This document shows, in pieces, positions 51,829 through 64,000 of a stretch of 64,000 nt of DNA; the stretch's first letter is position 1; each line of letters opens with the position of its first letter. The notes below the pieces were generated by a model that had not been told where the DNA came from, did not search any database, and saw nothing but the letters and a program-made list of their open reading frames with translations. A program made the position numbers and the translations under genes. Origin of the DNA: Lytechinus pictus (taxonomy: Eukaryota); assembly GCF_037042905.1 (NCBI RefSeq), contig NC_087251.1, positions 42,782,001 through 42,846,000 on the forward strand, written 5' to 3'.

Positions 51829-52670
51829 TGGTTTTTATCGACAATCGTGATATCTAAGGAGAAAACTGACAGCACTGAAGATCACCAATAACAGATAAGC
51901 ATGTGGGACAGTGTATGATGATTACCAGATGGGTGTCTCATAAAGCTGTTCGTAGAGTTACGCACGACTTTATGCAGGATTTTAACATGTTCTTAGGTGC
52001 AAAGTCAGCTACACAGGGATATGTCATCTAGCCCAAGAAAGGATCACCAGTCCTGTGTAAAGTCATAAGTAACTTACAAACAGATTTATGAAACACCCAC
52101 CAGACCTCCGGCTGAAATGCCATGCTTGTGTTGTCGATTTCTAGGCAATTACACATTTCAGGCATGATATTCTCCCAATTAAAATCAGAATTCCTACTTT
52201 TTTTTTTCAGATTTAAATTTTTTATTTATATATTTATTTATTTTATATATTTTTTTAAATCCTTAGCCCAAGAACATTCTCATGCTGTTTTTTACTGCTT
52301 TTTAAAGTCAAATTATAAAACTATAATGCAGACTCGCCTTGGAAAATCACTTTCGTTTTTTTTTTTACTATACAAGAGCTTGTAACTCTGACAGGGTCGC
52401 CTCGGACTTCAGCAGTGACTTAGCGACCTTTGGCTGTTTTTCAGGTTTTTTTCAGAGGGGAATATCATGCCTGACATTTATACCAGAATCATTTGGCACA
52501 TATTAGCTATATAGTCATAGAAACATTCTGGGTGTCATTATATTTGTTTTCTGTCCATTCTCATTGTCGAATTGTTACCACAACTGGTGTTTATATTCAA
52601 CAGACTTTCCATTCATATAGAAATCAACTGTTAATTGATTGTTGTTTTTATTTTTACTGTCATATTGTAG

Positions 52671-52847
52671 AGCCAATAGGGAGTCTACTGAGCAATGCAG
52701 TTGTTGTAGATGTCGTTGATTACAGTCATGGTCAGATGACGGTTCCAACTGCTAAAGTCATTACTGGATCAGAACTTCTTCGAGAACGGGAGTCCACGTT
52801 TCCTTCAGAGATTCAAACATCTAAAGAGAATATTCATGGTGATAAAG
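52671..52847 (+). CDS. YLPM1: YLPM1-like exon 6
   Basis: Acceptor TTGTAG|, EPIGSLLSNAVVVDVVDYSHGQ..GDK, donor G|GTTTGT; phases 1/1. Confidence 0.75.
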
Positions 52848-52898
52848 GTTTGTTATTAATAATGCAGTTTTTCTTCCAAATGTTGTTATCTTGTTGTA

Positions 52899-53180
52899 GA
52901 GCGTTGTGGCCCAGTGGATTAGTCTTCTGACTTTGAAACAGAGGTTCGTGGGTTCGAATCCCAGCCATGATGTAATATCCTTCAGCAAGAAATGTATCAA
53001 TATTGTGCTGCACTCAACCCAGGTGAGGTGAATGGTTACCCGGCAGGATGAATTCCTTGAATGCATGAGCACTGAAAGGCAGCTCAAGCTAAAGCCAGGG
53101 TAATAATAATAACAACGCGCCTCGGAATAGAATAATTCTAGATAGATGGTGCTATGTCAATGCCTATTATTATTATTATC
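52899..53180 (+). mobile_element. tRNA-derived SINE
   Basis: Box A TGGCCCAGTGG, TTG anticodon-like loop, box B GGTTCGAATCC, CACTCAACCCAGGTG core and (TAT)n tail. Confidence 0.85.
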
Positions 53181-54371
53181 TTTCAGTGAATATATGAGTT
53201 ATTCATTTAGCTTGATACCTTAGTGATATTTTTATGCATCTCCACTCAATGAAAATAGTGTCCAGGTGGGTGTTTCATAAAGCTGTTCGTAAGTTAAGAG
53301 CGACTTTAAGAACGACTGGTGAACCTTTCTTACGCGCGTAACAATCGCCAATGAATATACCATTTACCACAATAAAGGATCACCAGTCGTTCTTAAAGTC
53401 GCTCTTAACTTACGAACAGCTTTATGAAACGGCCCCCGGAGGTGTTAGATATTTCTCCCCCCCCCCCCTCTCTCTCTATCTCTGTTCATCATTTGTGACG
53501 AGCCACCCAAAATCCAGTAACAGGGGACCGTTTCATGAAAGTTGTCAGCATGATAAGTTGTCTTTCTCCGACAGTTACCATAGTAACAGTCAGAGACCAG
53601 TGTCTCTCAGCCAATCAAAACCAAGGATTTCACTAAAATAGTCAGCGCTGACTATTTAGTCAGTGCTGACAACTTTCATGAAACACCCACCAGGTCACCC
53701 AGAATGAATTTTCAGATTTATATTGAGTTTGAGAAAGCACATCCTAAGCATGAAATGATATATAGCTTGTCAAAATTGATCAGTAATAACCCACACAAGC
53801 ACTCAATTCAATGCAGAAGAAACTAAGCTAGAGCTTTGAAAAATATGGAGAAAAGAACATTTCAAGTTCTGGGTTTACTCAAGCATGAGATAAATGTATG
53901 CAGACTGCTATCTTGGTGAAACTTCCAAACAGTCCACAAAAAATCATGTAAAGGAAACTGTTGTATTTTGTTTCCTATTCATCTTTACAACTTAAACTTT
54001 TGATAGTATAAAGTAGAATTGTTCATTCTGGTAATTAAAATCCAACAAATCAACTTCAAAGGTAGCTCTGTTTGCTTACAATGGTTGGGTCGCTTTGTAA
54101 TCAAACTTCTAACTGCAGGTGGGTGTTTCATAAAGCTGTTGGTAAGTTCAGAGCGACTGGTGATCCTTTCGTACGCACTTAATGATCACCAATGAATATT
54201 TAATGGTGAATATCATTTACCATGAGAAAGGATCACCAGTCATTCATAAAGTCACTCTTAACTTACGAACAGGTTTGTGAAACGGCCCCTGGATGGGGAA
54301 GAGGATTTGGGACGTGAGGCATGCCTAAGAAAGCACTGGCACCTTGACACACCCGTAGTTGCTGAACAGCA

Positions 54372-54497
54372 ACCTTCATGAAGTTCATGAACTCTACTCA
54401 GTTGGCAAAGCAGGATGGATGTGGTTTCATAACATTATGAAACCACATCCATCCTGCTTTGCCAACTGAGTACAGAGTTCAGGAACTTCATGAAGGT
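54372..54497. repeat. 126-bp near-perfect intronic palindrome
   Basis: ACCTTCATGAAGTTC..TACTCAGTTGGCAAAGCAGGATGGATGTGGTTTCATAA-CA-TTATGAAACCACATCCATCCTGCTTTGCCAACTGAGTA..GAACTTCATGAAGGT. Confidence 0.95.
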
Positions 54498-54775
54498 CAA
54501 AGTGACGTAAAGTAATGACTTTGAGATATCAAGGTCAGGCCTGCACAAAAAGAAATGTAACTTATTGTAACAAATGTTTAATTCCTGTTGATACTGCTCT
54601 GTCAAATGAGCTATGATCTGATTATTTTGGGTAATCTTGGTCAGTGGTCATTAAGTTCATGTATGGTACATAAAACTGGCTAAAACAAATTGGTACTTTG
54701 AAGGAAGGGGATGTGGTTACATTTTGTTGTGTAAACTTTGCTATTAACTCGATTTTAAATGATTTTTATATGAAG

Positions 54776-55436
54776 ATGATGTGCGTATACAACAAGCGCC
54801 ACCTCAACCACAACGTGAACAACATCGTGAACAACATCGTGAACCACAGCGTGAACCTTCACCGCAGCCCCCACCTCAGCCCCCGCCTCAACCTTCACCA
54901 CCAAAGCAGCCGATGCTTCCCCAGCAAACTCCGCAACAAGAAATGCCGTACACAGAACAGCCATACACAGAACAGCGTGAGCAGTTCTCTCAACACTACC
55001 ACTCCGGGGACCAAACACAGTTTGATCCTTACAGCATGCAACAACAGATGGATTATTACCAGCAGCAGGACATGCATATGTCATTCCAGCAACAACAACA
55101 ACAACGGCCATTCCAGGAAATGGGCCAGCTTCACCCGCAAGATCAATACAGCACCCAGCAACAGCAGCAACATTATGCAGAACACTTTCAGGAGGAGCAG
55201 CAGCCACCGCCACCTCCACCGCCCGAAGAACCTCGGTCGGGTGGCTACCGCAAGTCTCCACCTCCCCCACCACCACCACCTCCTGCTCCATCAAAGGAGG
55301 ATTCCTTCAAGCAGTCCTGGGCAGCCACGCCTCCCCCACCTCCATCTGATTCCTACAGTAACACCAGACAATCAGGAAGCCAGGATCTTCAGAGATCCAG
55401 GGATAGGGATGACAGACAACGTGGTAGGGGTGACAA
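54776..55436 (+). CDS. YLPM1: YLPM1-like exon 7 (P/Q-rich); gene continues beyond the window
   Basis: Phase-1 acceptor TGAAG| in frame with ORF 54781; donor AA|GTAAGT. The AAG acceptor is weak, so the start is less certain. Confidence 0.7.
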
Positions 55437-55620
55437 GTAAGTATCTTGTTATCAAACAACAGATCATCTTATCTTGTTTATTTATTATAATGTTATATTT
55501 ATTTTCCAAGGAATGACCTCTTGGGCAGTATTCCTTAATCCATTTTATATTCAGGGGGGGGTCTTTAAGATGGAATAGGTATTTTGAGATCACCTTTTAA
55601 CTTTCAGAAAAAAAAATCAT

Positions 55621-57586
55621 TTTTGTCTCGCCTGCATAGCAGAGCGAGACTATAGGCGCCACTTTTCCGACAGCGGCTTCGTCAACATTGAAATCTTTAA
55701 TAATCAATGTTAAGTTTTTGTCTCACCTGCATAGCAGAGTGAGACTATAGGCGCCGCTTTTCCGACAGCGGCGGCGGCGTCAACACCAAATCTTAACCTG
55801 AGGTTAAGTTTTTGAAATGACAGCATAACTTAGAAAGTATATGGACCTAGTTCATGAAACTTGGCCATAAGGTTAATCAAGTATTACTGAACATCCTGCC
55901 TGAGTTTCATGTCACATGACCAAGGTCAAAGGTCATTTAGGGTCAATGAACTTAGACCATGTTGGGGGAATCAACATCAAAATCTTAACCTAAGGTTAAG
56001 TTTTTGAAATGTCATCATAACTTAGAAAATATATGGACCTAGTTCATGAAACTTATACATAAGGTTAATCAAGTATCACTGAACATCCTGCATGAGTTTC
56101 ACGTCACATGACCAAGGTCAAAGGTCATTTAGGGTCAATGAACTTTGGCCGAATTGGGGGTATCTGTTGAATTACCATCATAACTTTGAAAGTTTATGGA
56201 TCTGATTCATGAAACTTGGACATAATAGTAATCAAGTATTACTGAACATCCTGTGCAAGTTTCAGGTCACATGATCAAGGTCAAAGGTCATTTAGGGTCA
56301 ATGAACTTTGGCCAAATTGGGGTATTTGTTGAATTACAGCCATAAATTTGAAAGTGTGTTGGTCTAGTTCATAAAACTTGGACATAATAGTAATCAAGTA
56401 TCACTGAACATCCTGTGCGAGTTTCAGGTCACATGATCAAGGTCAAAGGTCATGTAAGGTCAAAGAACTTTGGCCACGTTGGGGGTATTTGTTGAATTGC
56501 CATCATATCTCTATAAGTGTATTGGTCTAGTTCATAAAACGTGGAAATAAGAGTAACCAAGTATCACTGAACATCTTGTGCGAGTTATAGTAGTTTTCAA
56601 AATCAGCACTGCTGCTATATTGAATCGCGTGATGCAGGTGAGACGGCCAGAGGCATTCCACTTGTTTTAAATGTCATCATAACTTAGAAAGTATATGGGC
56701 CTAGTTCATGAAACTTGGACATAAGAGTAATCAAGTAGTACTGAACATCTTGCCTGAGTTTCAGGTCACATGACCAAGGTCAAAGGTCATTTAGGGTCAA
56801 TGAACTAAGACCATGTTGGGGGACTCGATATCGGAATCTTAACCAAGGTTTAGTTTTTGAAATGCCATCATAACTTAGAAAGTGTATGGACCTAGTTCAT
56901 AAAACTTAGACATAAGGGTAATAGTGTATCACTGAAGATTCTGCCTTAGTTTCAAGTCACATGATTAAGGTTAAAGGTCAGTTATGGTCAACGAACTTTG
57001 GCCATGTTGGGGTTATTTGAGGAATCATCATCATAACTTTTAAAAGTTTATGGATCTAGTTCATGAAACTTGGACATAAGGCAACCATGTATCCCTGAAT
57101 ATCATGTGCGAGTTTCAGGTCGCATGACCAAGGTCAAAGGTCACTTAGGGTCAATGAACTTTGGCCATGTTGGGGATATTTGAGGAATTGTCATCATAAA
57201 TTTAAAAGTTTATGGATCTAGTTCATGAAACTTGGACATAAAAGCAACAATGTATCCCTGAATACCCTGTGCGCATTTCAGGAACATGGCCAAGATCAAA
57301 GGTCATTTAAAGGTCAATGATCCCTGGCCGTGTTGGGAGTATGTGTTGAATTGGCATCATAACTTAGAAAGTTTATGGATCTAGCTCATGGAGCATCGAC
57401 ATAAGAGTAATCAAGTATAAATATGTCACATTGTCATGGTCAAAGGTCATTTTGGGTCAATAGACATAATATTTTATTATCATATTAGTGTTTTCTTCTG
57501 TGAATAATTATTCATTAGCTGTTTTTCAAAGGCAGCACTGCTGCTATATCGAAATGCAGGCGAGACTGCCAGAGGCATTCCACTTG
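55621..57586 (+). mobile_element. Helentron/HINE-like element with a same-family copy nested at ~55715-56664
   Basis: Two 5' modules (55621, 55715) and two 3' modules (ending 56664, 57586); the inner copy splits AAGTTTTT|AAATGTCATCATAAC of the outer copy. Confidence 0.85.
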
Positions 57587-58592
57587 TTTTATATTGCAGA
57601 TGATATGCCGCAGAGCAGTGCCTGCATAGACATGTCCAATTAAAAATATGGTGAAGGCTGTTTTATTCATTTGTGAATTTCAGCAATACCGGTATATCTA
57701 GGTGAATTTGCTCGAAATTGTGAAATGAACAAAGGTTATATAATCATTGACTGTAATAGTCGAATGATTAAACATTTCAAAAGACTTTGTTGACTAATAC
57801 TGTCTTTAATAAAATGATGCATGATGTGATGTGATATTGAAAAGAAATGATAAATGTATGGTATATTTTTTTCAAAATGAATTTTGTAGAACTGTTCCCC
57901 TTGGAAATTTCAGATACTGCTTGCCAAACAAATTTTTTATATGCTTTCTTCATAGTATTTTTACTGGCTCATACATGAAATTATAATATCTTGAGCTGCA
58001 GAAAATGAAGGAGGAGGGCCCAAACCTATCATTTGATAATTATAAATCAAGACTATGATCATTATCCTGATTATTAGTCATACTATTATGTTAGGTTTGA
58101 CGTGATATGTTTTATTGTCGCAAGTTTGGTTTTTAAATTTTTATTACACAGTTAAAACTATGTTAAAATTATCTACAAATGCTGTTCACTATATGAACCT
58201 TACAGTAGTTATTTAGTAATCATGTTTAATTTCTTGAAAATCAAATTAAAGTTTGTTGTTTCAGATTTTAAACTTTGTTCATATAGTAAGCAGCATTGTA
58301 TAAAAGTTTTAAGCGTTTTTAATGTGTAAATCAGAACACTAACCATTTTATTGATCTATATTGACTGTAATACCAGACATTTTATGGAGGTCATTTTACT
58401 TATTTTTGTGTGCAAATATTCTTCATCGCCCGTTAATAATTGTATTAGATAATCTTTATTTTGTTAACTATTACAACTGTAGTATTTTCCGAACTCGAAT
58501 TTTGGGTCATGATGGTATCAAATCTAAAAAATGCTTTATATGCTTAGCTTACAAAGATTTTGTTTTAAAATGGCAATATATTATATTTCATA

Positions 58593-59442
58593 ATGGTGGA
58601 TAATATGCGTGATTTCCCCTTTTATCATCTGAATAATGATGATTTCTTATTACTAAATCATCAAGATAAAAGCAATGTTATCTCAAATCATCATACTCCA
58701 TTTGATAGATTTTCTACTGATATTCTTACAAATAGTTTTGATGAACTTCAAGTTGAATTCGATATTCATGATAAAGCATACAATCTTTCCTCTTCTCCAT
58801 ATTATACAGAAAATTCATTCAAAGACTATGCTAAATTGATTGGAGAAGATGATGTTTTTATTTTGCATTTGAATATAAGAAGCGCTAACCAAAACTTCGA
58901 GAAATTACGATTATTATTAGAAAATACACAGTTTGCCAATCCCCCAATTATTGCTCTTACTGAAACTTGGTTCACGGAAACCCCGAATTCCTTATGCACC
59001 CTCCCGAATTATGATATTGTTATAAACAATAGGAAAAATAAAATTGGAGGTGGACTAGCATTATATATTCCGTCTTCATTTGATTATGCAATTAGACATG
59101 AATTTGAATATATGAATGAAATCATCGAATCCTTATTTGTAGAAGTAAAAATTCAAAAAGATAAGAAAACTATAATAGGTGTCATCTACAGACCTCCTCA
59201 AACTTCTTGTATAGAAGATTTTTTACTTGCTACTAATGAACTTTTGCAAAACGGAGAATTGATAAATAACAATTGTATCATCACTGGTGATTTCAATATT
59301 AATCTCTTGACCAGTAATCACTCTTTAACAAATGATTTCCTTGAATTAATGTTATCTTCTACTTTTTTGCCTATTATTTCTAGACCAACCCGTATTACTG
59401 ATCATTCTGCTACGCTTATAGATAATATATTCTGTAACTCTC
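58593..59442 (+). mobile_element. CR1/L2-group LINE ORF2, APE endonuclease part
   Basis: Motifs HLNIRS, IALTETW, GGGLALYI, GVIYRPP, IITGDFN, PTRITDHSATLIDNIF. Confidence 0.92.
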
Positions 59443-59444
59443 TT

Positions 59445-61520
59445 TTTGGCAGGTTCATAGTTAAAGAGTGGAAGGACATATTTTTCTTTGCTTGTTTTTC
59501 CACCCATTCTGATACCTCTATGTGTGGGGGACTGTGCCACACACTAGGTAAAGATCATCTTCTCTTTTGGTAGCGGACAGTCGGAAATTGCTCTGCAAGC
59601 AGCATTCAGGATTGGGTTAAACTTGAAGCATACAGCAGAGCTTTTGAACGGATGGTTTGGCATCTGTTCCCCATATCGTGTTAGCAAGCCTCTTTTTGAT
59701 GTTGTTCCTTTCTTCAGCTTTTGCCTTTGTCTCGGCAATATGTTCTTTGTACGCAATAGTGACGTCAAGGTAGGCAGACTTGCTGGCATGTTTCATTCAC
59801 TTTCAAGTTTCAACACCATCTGACCAGCAGTTTCCGGTCTGCATCTCTATTGTTAAGGTGGAAGACGCTAAGTTGGGTTTTCTCTGGATAGTAAAGAGTC
59901 AGATATGCCAGAGCATCACTGAATGTTTTTTCCACCTCTTCTGCTTTTATGAGGCACTGCACAGTTCATCAGCATAGGTAGCTCTTGGTGTTTGGGTGGA
60001 TTAGTTGGTCGTTTGTGTATTTGGACAAGGACACTTCTTTGTGGGGGACCATTTTTCTGCCTCCACCATTTGCTGCTGGAACCACTGAGATTCACAAACA
60101 ACCGGTTTGGGGGCATGTTCTGAATTAGCCTTGTCAACTTGACGTCCTTTGTCATCACAATGACTTTCCTCGTAAGTAGGCCTACCCTATGATTAACTGG
60201 TTCATAAGCTGCAGAGAAGTCAACAAAGGCTGATCCAGTTTTCAGACCTTCCTCAAACCATCTGATGTACTGAGTCAGATTCAGTACTTGATAAGTAAAG
60301 GACTTTCCTGGCCTGAATCTTGCCTACTTGAATGAGGAACTCAGTCACAAAAGGGAGCAATGCGGTTAAGCAGGAGCCTTTCAAAGGGATTGTGTGTGTA
60401 ACAGAGTAGAGAGATAGTTCTGTAACTCCTTGGGCTGATTGGGTCTTTGCCTAGCTCGAGTTAGGCAACTACCCTCAATTTCCTCTTGCCATATTTTTTT
60501 CATGCAAACAGTCGATTAATATGTCAGCAGCCATTGGGCTGCAACAGGTCCAAGAAGTGTGATCTGCTCACAGAGGACATCTAATCCAGGTTCCTTGTTG
60601 CTCTTCATTATAATAGCATAGCACAAGCAGACAAGATTGTCTTGTGTTTTCAAATGACTCTTCAGTTGGGACGCTGTCTCTGCTCTTTTAGGGAGGTTGG
60701 CCCTTCGCGGGCAATAAATAGGGTGACCATGACTGTACACAAGAGGATAGTGGGTCACTTGGTCGGTGGTCACTAGGGGTATAGTTTGAGACTTGCATAG
60801 TCGTTTTCAACGATCCAAATTGTTTTCCTGGCTTTTCTGCTGTAGTGAGTCATATCCATTGATTTGTTAAATCACTGTCACTTTCTTTTGTTACTATCCA
60901 TAATGGCAGTTGTCTATTTCCCCCCACATTCAAGTGTATCGGCACCAAAGGGGTAATTCTCAAAGCTCCTGAAAATTTTATTGTACAGCAGCTTCGTCAT
61001 CCGTCAAGCCAGGAGAATAGTTTGTACGGCCTCCTCGTGGAATATTTTTATGTGATGATTTCTTCAACAGCTTTCCAAATGTGTCGTAATGAGTACGGAG
61101 TGCTGGAAGATCCTGTGGGTAGGTATTCGGATCTATGACAAACTGCTCCCAGATTGCTTTCTTCAGGGTGAAACGTCTGTGAAAGGGAACTGTGCGTGGA
61201 GTGATGTCTGCATTCACCTTCAGCCCAATCGGTCGATGTTGAGTGTGCGGGAGAGGGTCAAGCACAACCTTCTCACATTTTGTTCGGTGATGCAATCTGA
61301 TTTGCATCTGACCAGTTCTCCTCAAGTTTTCCATTTCGTTGGTTTATCCATACCCCCAGATAATGCTGTGACTGTTTAAATCCCCAATAATTGCATTTCC
61401 TCGATCGGAGGTGGCTTTTCGGGGAAGGGAGGAAGATTGGTTAGGAGGTTTATAGAAAGAACTTAAAGAAATACTCATAAGTTCAATGGTTAGGACTTTG
61501 CCCGTTAGCTTGATGAGAGG
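59445..61520 (-). pseudogene. Decayed RTE-like LINE fragment
   Basis: Frameshifted minus-strand motifs FYKPPN, IGDLNSH, PHTQHRP, RQKNGPPQRSVL (LPQGSVL-like) and LNAACRAI. Confidence 0.75.
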
Positions 61521-63230
61521 CCTACTCCTAATTAATTCTACTTAAACAGATATTTGACCTGCTAATTAACTGCTGAAATCAGTAATGCCCATAAAGAATG
61601 TATAGGGACTAACCGGTTTTAGTGAGCAACAGGCTCAGATTAGAGTAATTTTTGTTGTCTACTTGATAGATTTACGACATACTGAAGATCTCTTGATCTG
61701 TGTTTAAATCAGGGCAGGTGATCATTGGAAAGCTTTTTTCACCAGGTTGTGCAGATAAACCAGCAATACAGCTTGAAGGTCTGCAAGTAGTCTATTGTGT
61801 TAACTGTCCCATTGCCCATGCATTGGTATGGTAAAAAAAAGGGGGGGGGACCTTGCAACACAGGAAAATTGCCAGAATTGCAGATAAAAACTTTGATAGA
61901 GCATTGTGATTTACACATTTTAGTAGGTACCCCCAAAAGTAATTAGCTTTTGAGTTCACAATCACTACAGTTTAGTAATTATATTTGCCATACTGATAAA
62001 TAATTTTGTTTTCCCATTGCAGACACTTTAAGACTTATTGAATGGTCTTGGATATGTATTTCCCTTCCTAACATGTACGATAAAAAGTTCCAAATAACAA
62101 ACTACCCATTTCCTCTCTCATTGCCGTATGCTGTGAAAAGTTACATTTTGAAACTGAAAATTTTCACAAAATTCACAAAAATTGTGCAAGATATCCTTCA
62201 ATTTACTATGAAAAAGCGCCCCTTGCCAAACTCAGTAGCTTCGCTCCCTCGCTTTGTTTCTTGGAATTTTTTTAAATCGTTTTGCCACCCCAAGGAAAAA
62301 ATGTCTGCATACAGCCATGCCCTCTCTAAATATGCCGACTGCCTGACCAGATGGGTGAAACTAATTGTCATAAATGCTTAGAATAATATAAGATGCATTT
62401 TGAGGACCAAAAAGGGAATTTTTTGGGAGGTTACAGGCTTGAAATATCACCAAAAAGTGATGGTTGCTAGGGAAAATGCTGTTGCTAGGCAACACAATGG
62501 TTTCCATAGGTAACGGAAAAATCTATGAAGTACTCTATTATTTAGATTAGAACAGATAACATGATACAGCAGGGTATCTAAGAATGATTTATAACAATAT
62601 CATAAAATCCATAAAATGATGCCGATATAGTCGTAAATACACACAAACATATTAGTGATATCCGTCACATGCAGGGGTTAATCAAACATGGCAATAATGT
62701 AATTTTTCATGATCATTAATGCATTATACATCCTAGTCTTCCTCTTTTATCCCTTTTTCATCAAAATTCACCTTCTTCATTAGTTTTTACAAATAAAAAA
62801 CTAAAAAAAATGATAAAATGAATTAATCTGGTCAAAAAATAAGAGAATATTGAAAAATGATTATGGTTGCTAGGGAAAAAATGTTGCTAGGCAACAGTTT
62901 TGAAATAAAATGTAGATGAAATATATATCTGGTTGCTAGCCGTTATCATATCATTCAATCTGTAGTGATTTTATCCTCGTAAAGTCTATATTCATATATA
63001 AATTAGTGTAATTAATTAACAAATATAAATGATAAGTTACTGCTTTGCATTTATCACAAAAATGGGCGTGGCCTATTCAAGGCTGGTTTCCATGGTGAAG
63101 CTACATTGTGCGACACTTTTAATTCTCAGTTCTAAAAAATTCAGAAAATTTCCTTCAAAATGATGCATGTTTTTGCTTTGATCCAGTCGGGGGGATTAAA
63201 GTCCCAAATTTTGGCCTCTCGCTGCTCGCC

Positions 63231-64000
63231 TACATCCTCTTCCGAAAGCTGGCATTGTAACGACAGACATATCCGATCATTTTCTTATTTTTACCCATAT
63301 CCAAACAATACAATCACTCGCAAAAATGGAAAAGAAATATAGGATCTGTCGCAACTTTAGTGATAAAAATATTGAACGCCTTCAAGAAGATTTAAGCTCT
63401 GTTGATTGGTCTGACGTTTATAACTCGAATGTGAATGTCGATGACTCATTTGACATATTTTTGAAATCTTTCAATGACTGCTTAGATTCTTGTGTTCCTT
63501 TAAAGAAATACCGAAATTACGATTATAAACGTGTTCCAAAGCTCCCATGGGTTTCAAAATTGATATTAAGGTCTATAAATCGGAAAAATAATCTGTATGT
63601 TTCTTATATATCAAATCCAAATGATATTTCAAGGAATAGATACACGTCTTATAAAAATACCTTAACAACTACTCTCCGAATAGCAAAAAAGAGGTTTTAT
63701 TCAGAAAAATTAAATTCATATAAAAACGACCTTAAAAATACATGGAAAACAATAAATGGGGCCCTAAACAAAATTAACAAATCTAGTGCTGTTCATAAAT
63801 TATGTGTAGATGGAAATATGGTTGAAGATACTCATTCTATAGCAAATGAATTTAATACATATTTCTCTCAAATTGGACCAAAGTTAGCTGGAAATATTAT
63901 GCCTGTAGAAAATTCGTTTAAGGACTTTATGGATAAACAAAATGAAAGTTCAATATTTCTTACTCCAGTTCATAAAGAAGAATTACTTGAGATTGTATTT
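63231..64000 (+). mobile_element. Continuation of the CR1/L2-group LINE ORF2
   Basis: Open frame HPLPKAGIVTTDISDHFLIF...VDWSDVY...PKLPWVS...NTWKTIN...IANEFNTYFSQIG to the window end; it completes the endonuclease SDH motif. Confidence 0.9.

Noticed and set aside
52899..52975. Possible tRNA-Gln(TTG) gene
   Set aside because: The acceptor stem is poor and it continues into a SINE body and (TAT)n tail.
59443..59573. C-terminal 43 codons of ORF 58593-59573
   Set aside because: Read-through into the insert; the true LINE frame resumes at 63231.

Overview
Eukaryotic, AT-rich, repeat-dense animal DNA. The repeat repertoire suggests an invertebrate deuterostome, probably a sea urchin (inference, not verified). 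There are two host genes. One is the 5' seven coding exons of a YLPM1-like gene (+, 33142 to >55436, continuing beyond the window). The other is a coding exon (15831-16979) with two C2H2 fingers and a Mutator/WRKY-GCM1-type DNA-binding module but no catalytic domain, probably a domesticated transposase. Most of the rest is nested mobile DNA, many with ends and target-site duplications (TSDs) readable by eye. The main elements are: a 2.0-kb Transib (RAG1-related) element with CACAGTG ends, a 5-bp TSD and a transposase C-terminal remnant; an 8.9-kb foldback element with a 9-bp TSD ending 445 bp upstream of the YLPM1-like ATG; a CACTA-like element inside that foldback; Helentron/HINE-like tandem-repeat elements; Kolobok-, hAT- and Harbinger-like MITEs; two tRNA-derived SINEs; and a CR1/L2-type LINE split by a 3.8-kb composite insert. 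There is also an unexplained inverted pair of composite repeats, one carrying a 179-bp palindrome that the other lacks. All family assignments come from reading the sequence; no searches were run.
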